A DNA stretch of 64,000 nucleotides from an uncultured bacterium (GTDB lineage Bacteria > Zixibacteria > MSB-5A5 > CAIYYT01), in contig CAVSCK010000003.1 of assembly GCA_963726455.1 (NCBI GenBank), positions 160,001-224,000 of the forward strand, in the 5' to 3' direction. A program made the translations under genes and the position numbers. Of the stretch, positions 60,915 through 64,000 are shown in pieces. The notes beneath the pieces were generated by a model. It had not been told where the DNA came from, ran no database searches, and worked only from the letters and a program-made list of their open reading frames with translations. How positions within the stretch are numbered: position 1 is the stretch's first letter; each line of letters starts with the position of its first letter.

Positions 60915-61706
60915 ATGGCGAGTAAACCTATTGCCTCTGAAAGAGAGGAATTTGATATCGAGCTGAGGCAGGATGCCAAAGCGCTTGAGGCTGTCTTAAA
61001 TACTCCAAGATATCCGGTTGGCACTGTCCGTCGGCTGGTCCCGGACCTATCGTACCGCAGGATTAACCTCTGGGAAAAGCAGGGCTTCTTCGCGCCTTTT
61101 CGCGAAACAGCCAGTACAGGTTGGCGCAAATTCACGTTTCTGGAAGCAGTGCTGATTCTCTTGATATCGGACCTTAAACAGCTTGGTCAACCCAGTGTCT
61201 ATCTAAAACACGCCTTGGCGACCTTCATAGGTTTGCGCTTCTTTCAAATTGTTGTGACCACGACACTAAGGGGAATGCCGCAAGTTGTGTTCTTCAGAAG
61301 TGACGGAAGTTTTCACTGGAGCCACGAACCTAACCTTGCAGCTGCACTCCGTGCCGTTCCCTCCTTGGGCTCGTTTGTGTACTGCCCAATTCACGAGTAT
61401 GTTCGCAGAGTCTTGGAGTTGTCGGGCATCCAACTGCAATTTGACGAATTCACCACGTATCGGAACCTGACTCGCGAGGAAGTAGCAGTTCTGCGGGCCA
61501 TTGCGAAGGAAGATTACGACAAGGTCACTCTCCTTCGAAAAAACGGCAAGATTCATATGATTGAGGTTGGTCACACGTTGAGAGGTGATTTGACTCCCGA
61601 CGATATTGCATTCGCAATAGGAGCTGGAGACTATCAAGAAATAACTCTCATGGTTGAGAACGGCAGAATTGTCGTTCTGAGACGGAATGACAGGACAAGG
61701 CTGTAG
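60915..61706 (+). CDS. MerR-like HTH protein with a duplicated C-terminal motif
   Basis: LSYRRINLWEKQGFFAP...GWRKFT winged HTH; DYDKVTLLRKNGKI / DYQEITLMVENGRI repeat. Confidence 0.75.
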   Translation: MASKPIASEREEFDIELRQDAKALEAVLNTPRYPVGTVRRLVPDLSYRRINLWEKQGFFAPFRETASTGWRKFTFLEAVLILLISDLKQLGQPSVYLKHALATFIGLRFFQIVVTTTLRGMPQVVFFRSDGSFHWSHEPNLAAALRAVPSLGSFVYCPIHEYVRRVLELSGIQLQFDEFTTYRNLTREEVAVLRAIAKEDYDKVTLLRKNGKIHMIEVGHTLRGDLTPDDIAFAIGAGDYQEITLMVENGRIVVLRRNDRTRL

Positions 61707-61811
61707 GTCACGGAAGCGCTCCGAGCCATAGCCCTTTGCGATATTTAGACGTTTGCTGAGAGCAGCGAGAGCGACTCGCACTCTTGGTCTCACGGTTATC
61801 GAGGCCAGAGT

Positions 61812-61989
61812 ATGCTATCCGCAGAACGATGCCGGCAAATTTTGAACCGGCCAGATTTATCAGATGCAGAGGTGGAATTGATCCGAGATAGGTTGAGCGA
61901 GATTGGCCAAATCTTAATCCGGCAATACGTGGAGACGTTTGGCCGTACGGATAAGCTTTCAGATGTTGATATTGACCAAGGTGGTTCGC

Positions 61990-62003
<14 letters not shown>
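61812..62003 (+). CDS. Small helical protein overlapping the recombinase start
   Basis: GAGG RBS; MLSAERCRQILN..DLSDAEVELIRD; overlaps ATG 61990. Confidence 0.65.
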
Positions 62004-63544
<1,541 letters not shown>

Positions 63545-63560
63545 GTCAGCGAAGTCTACG

Positions 63561-63588
63561 ATAATACGCTTCTCTTCCAATTTGTCAA
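63561..63588 (-). promoter_or_regulatory. Sigma70 promoter of tRNA-Glu
   Basis: Minus strand TTGACA-16 nt-TATTAT. Confidence 0.65.
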
Positions 63589-63614
63589 GGAAATTGTTGC
63601 CGGCCGCTTCAGGC

Positions 63615-64000
63615 CTAGTGGCGAGTCACATAGAGTATGTAGAATACCAGTGTAGTCAGAATCAGTAAGCCCAGTGAACCCCAGACGAACAATCTCGCCC
63701 AGTCAATCTGATCCGGCTTATCTCCTGCGCGTGGCTCGATCGTTGCCGGTGAATCCTCCGCCCGCGCTATTTCGTCATGGATATCGGCGAAATTCTGGAT
63801 TCGTTCCGACGGCATTGTCCTCACCATCTTCTCGATAATGACCTTCAGTTTCGGCGGCGTCGTGCGCGCGCCGTCAATCCAAACGAATTTGCCGTAAGTA
63901 TCGAACGTGGGTTTGCGGTTGGTTAACAACTGATAGAAAATGATTCCCGCGGCGTATACATCCCCCGCCTTGCTCTTACGGCGTTCCGGCGCGGCATACC
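63615..64000 (-). CDS. Ser/Thr protein kinase, C-terminal part with TM anchor (5' truncated)
   Basis: Reading from the window edge: YAAPE...GDVYAAGIIFYQLLT (subdomains VIII-IX), then a terminal TM helix. Confidence 0.8.
   Translation of the reverse strand, partial: YAAPERRKSKAGDVYAAGIIFYQLLTNRKPTFDTYGKFVWIDGARTTPPKLKVIIEKMVRTMPSERIQNFADIHDEIARAEDSPATIEPRAGDKPDQIDWARLFVWGSLGLLILTTLVFYILYVTRH

Overview
This window is 64 kb of core chromosome from a Gram-negative bacterium, probably candidate division Zixibacteria or a related FCB lineage. That assignment is inferred from the C-terminal dockerin style, the PorU/PorV genes and the fused lpxC-fabZ. From left to right it holds: a type IX secretion (T9SS)-like operon (porU, a greatly enlarged porV, an M6 protease with a C-terminal sorting domain, two DUF5683-like paralogs); a dockerin protein; ispB, a vWA protein, guaA and nadB; a lipid A cluster (lpxC-fabZ, lpxA, gnnA-like, lpxB, waaA, lpxK); ppi-dxr-rseP; mntH-usp; and rlmD. 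Next comes a run of apparent pseudoenzymes (DUF885, an SbcD-like protein with a YhaN-like ATPase, and a tandem-HTH/aconitase fusion after a HIT gene). Then lpxH, a small basic Myb-like protein, a flippase, a BtrH-like gene, idh, an ECF sigma locus, recN and tRNA-Ala. A MarR-EmrAB-TolC efflux cassette and SRAP follow. At the right end is a 4.5 kb element integrated in the 3' end of tRNA-Glu, carrying a TerS-like gene and a serine recombinase whose C-terminus would be swapped by integration. Five genes (M6 protease, lpxK, dxr, recN, marR) carry single-base frameshifts that look like assembly errors. All family calls come from motif recognition by eye; no searches were run.
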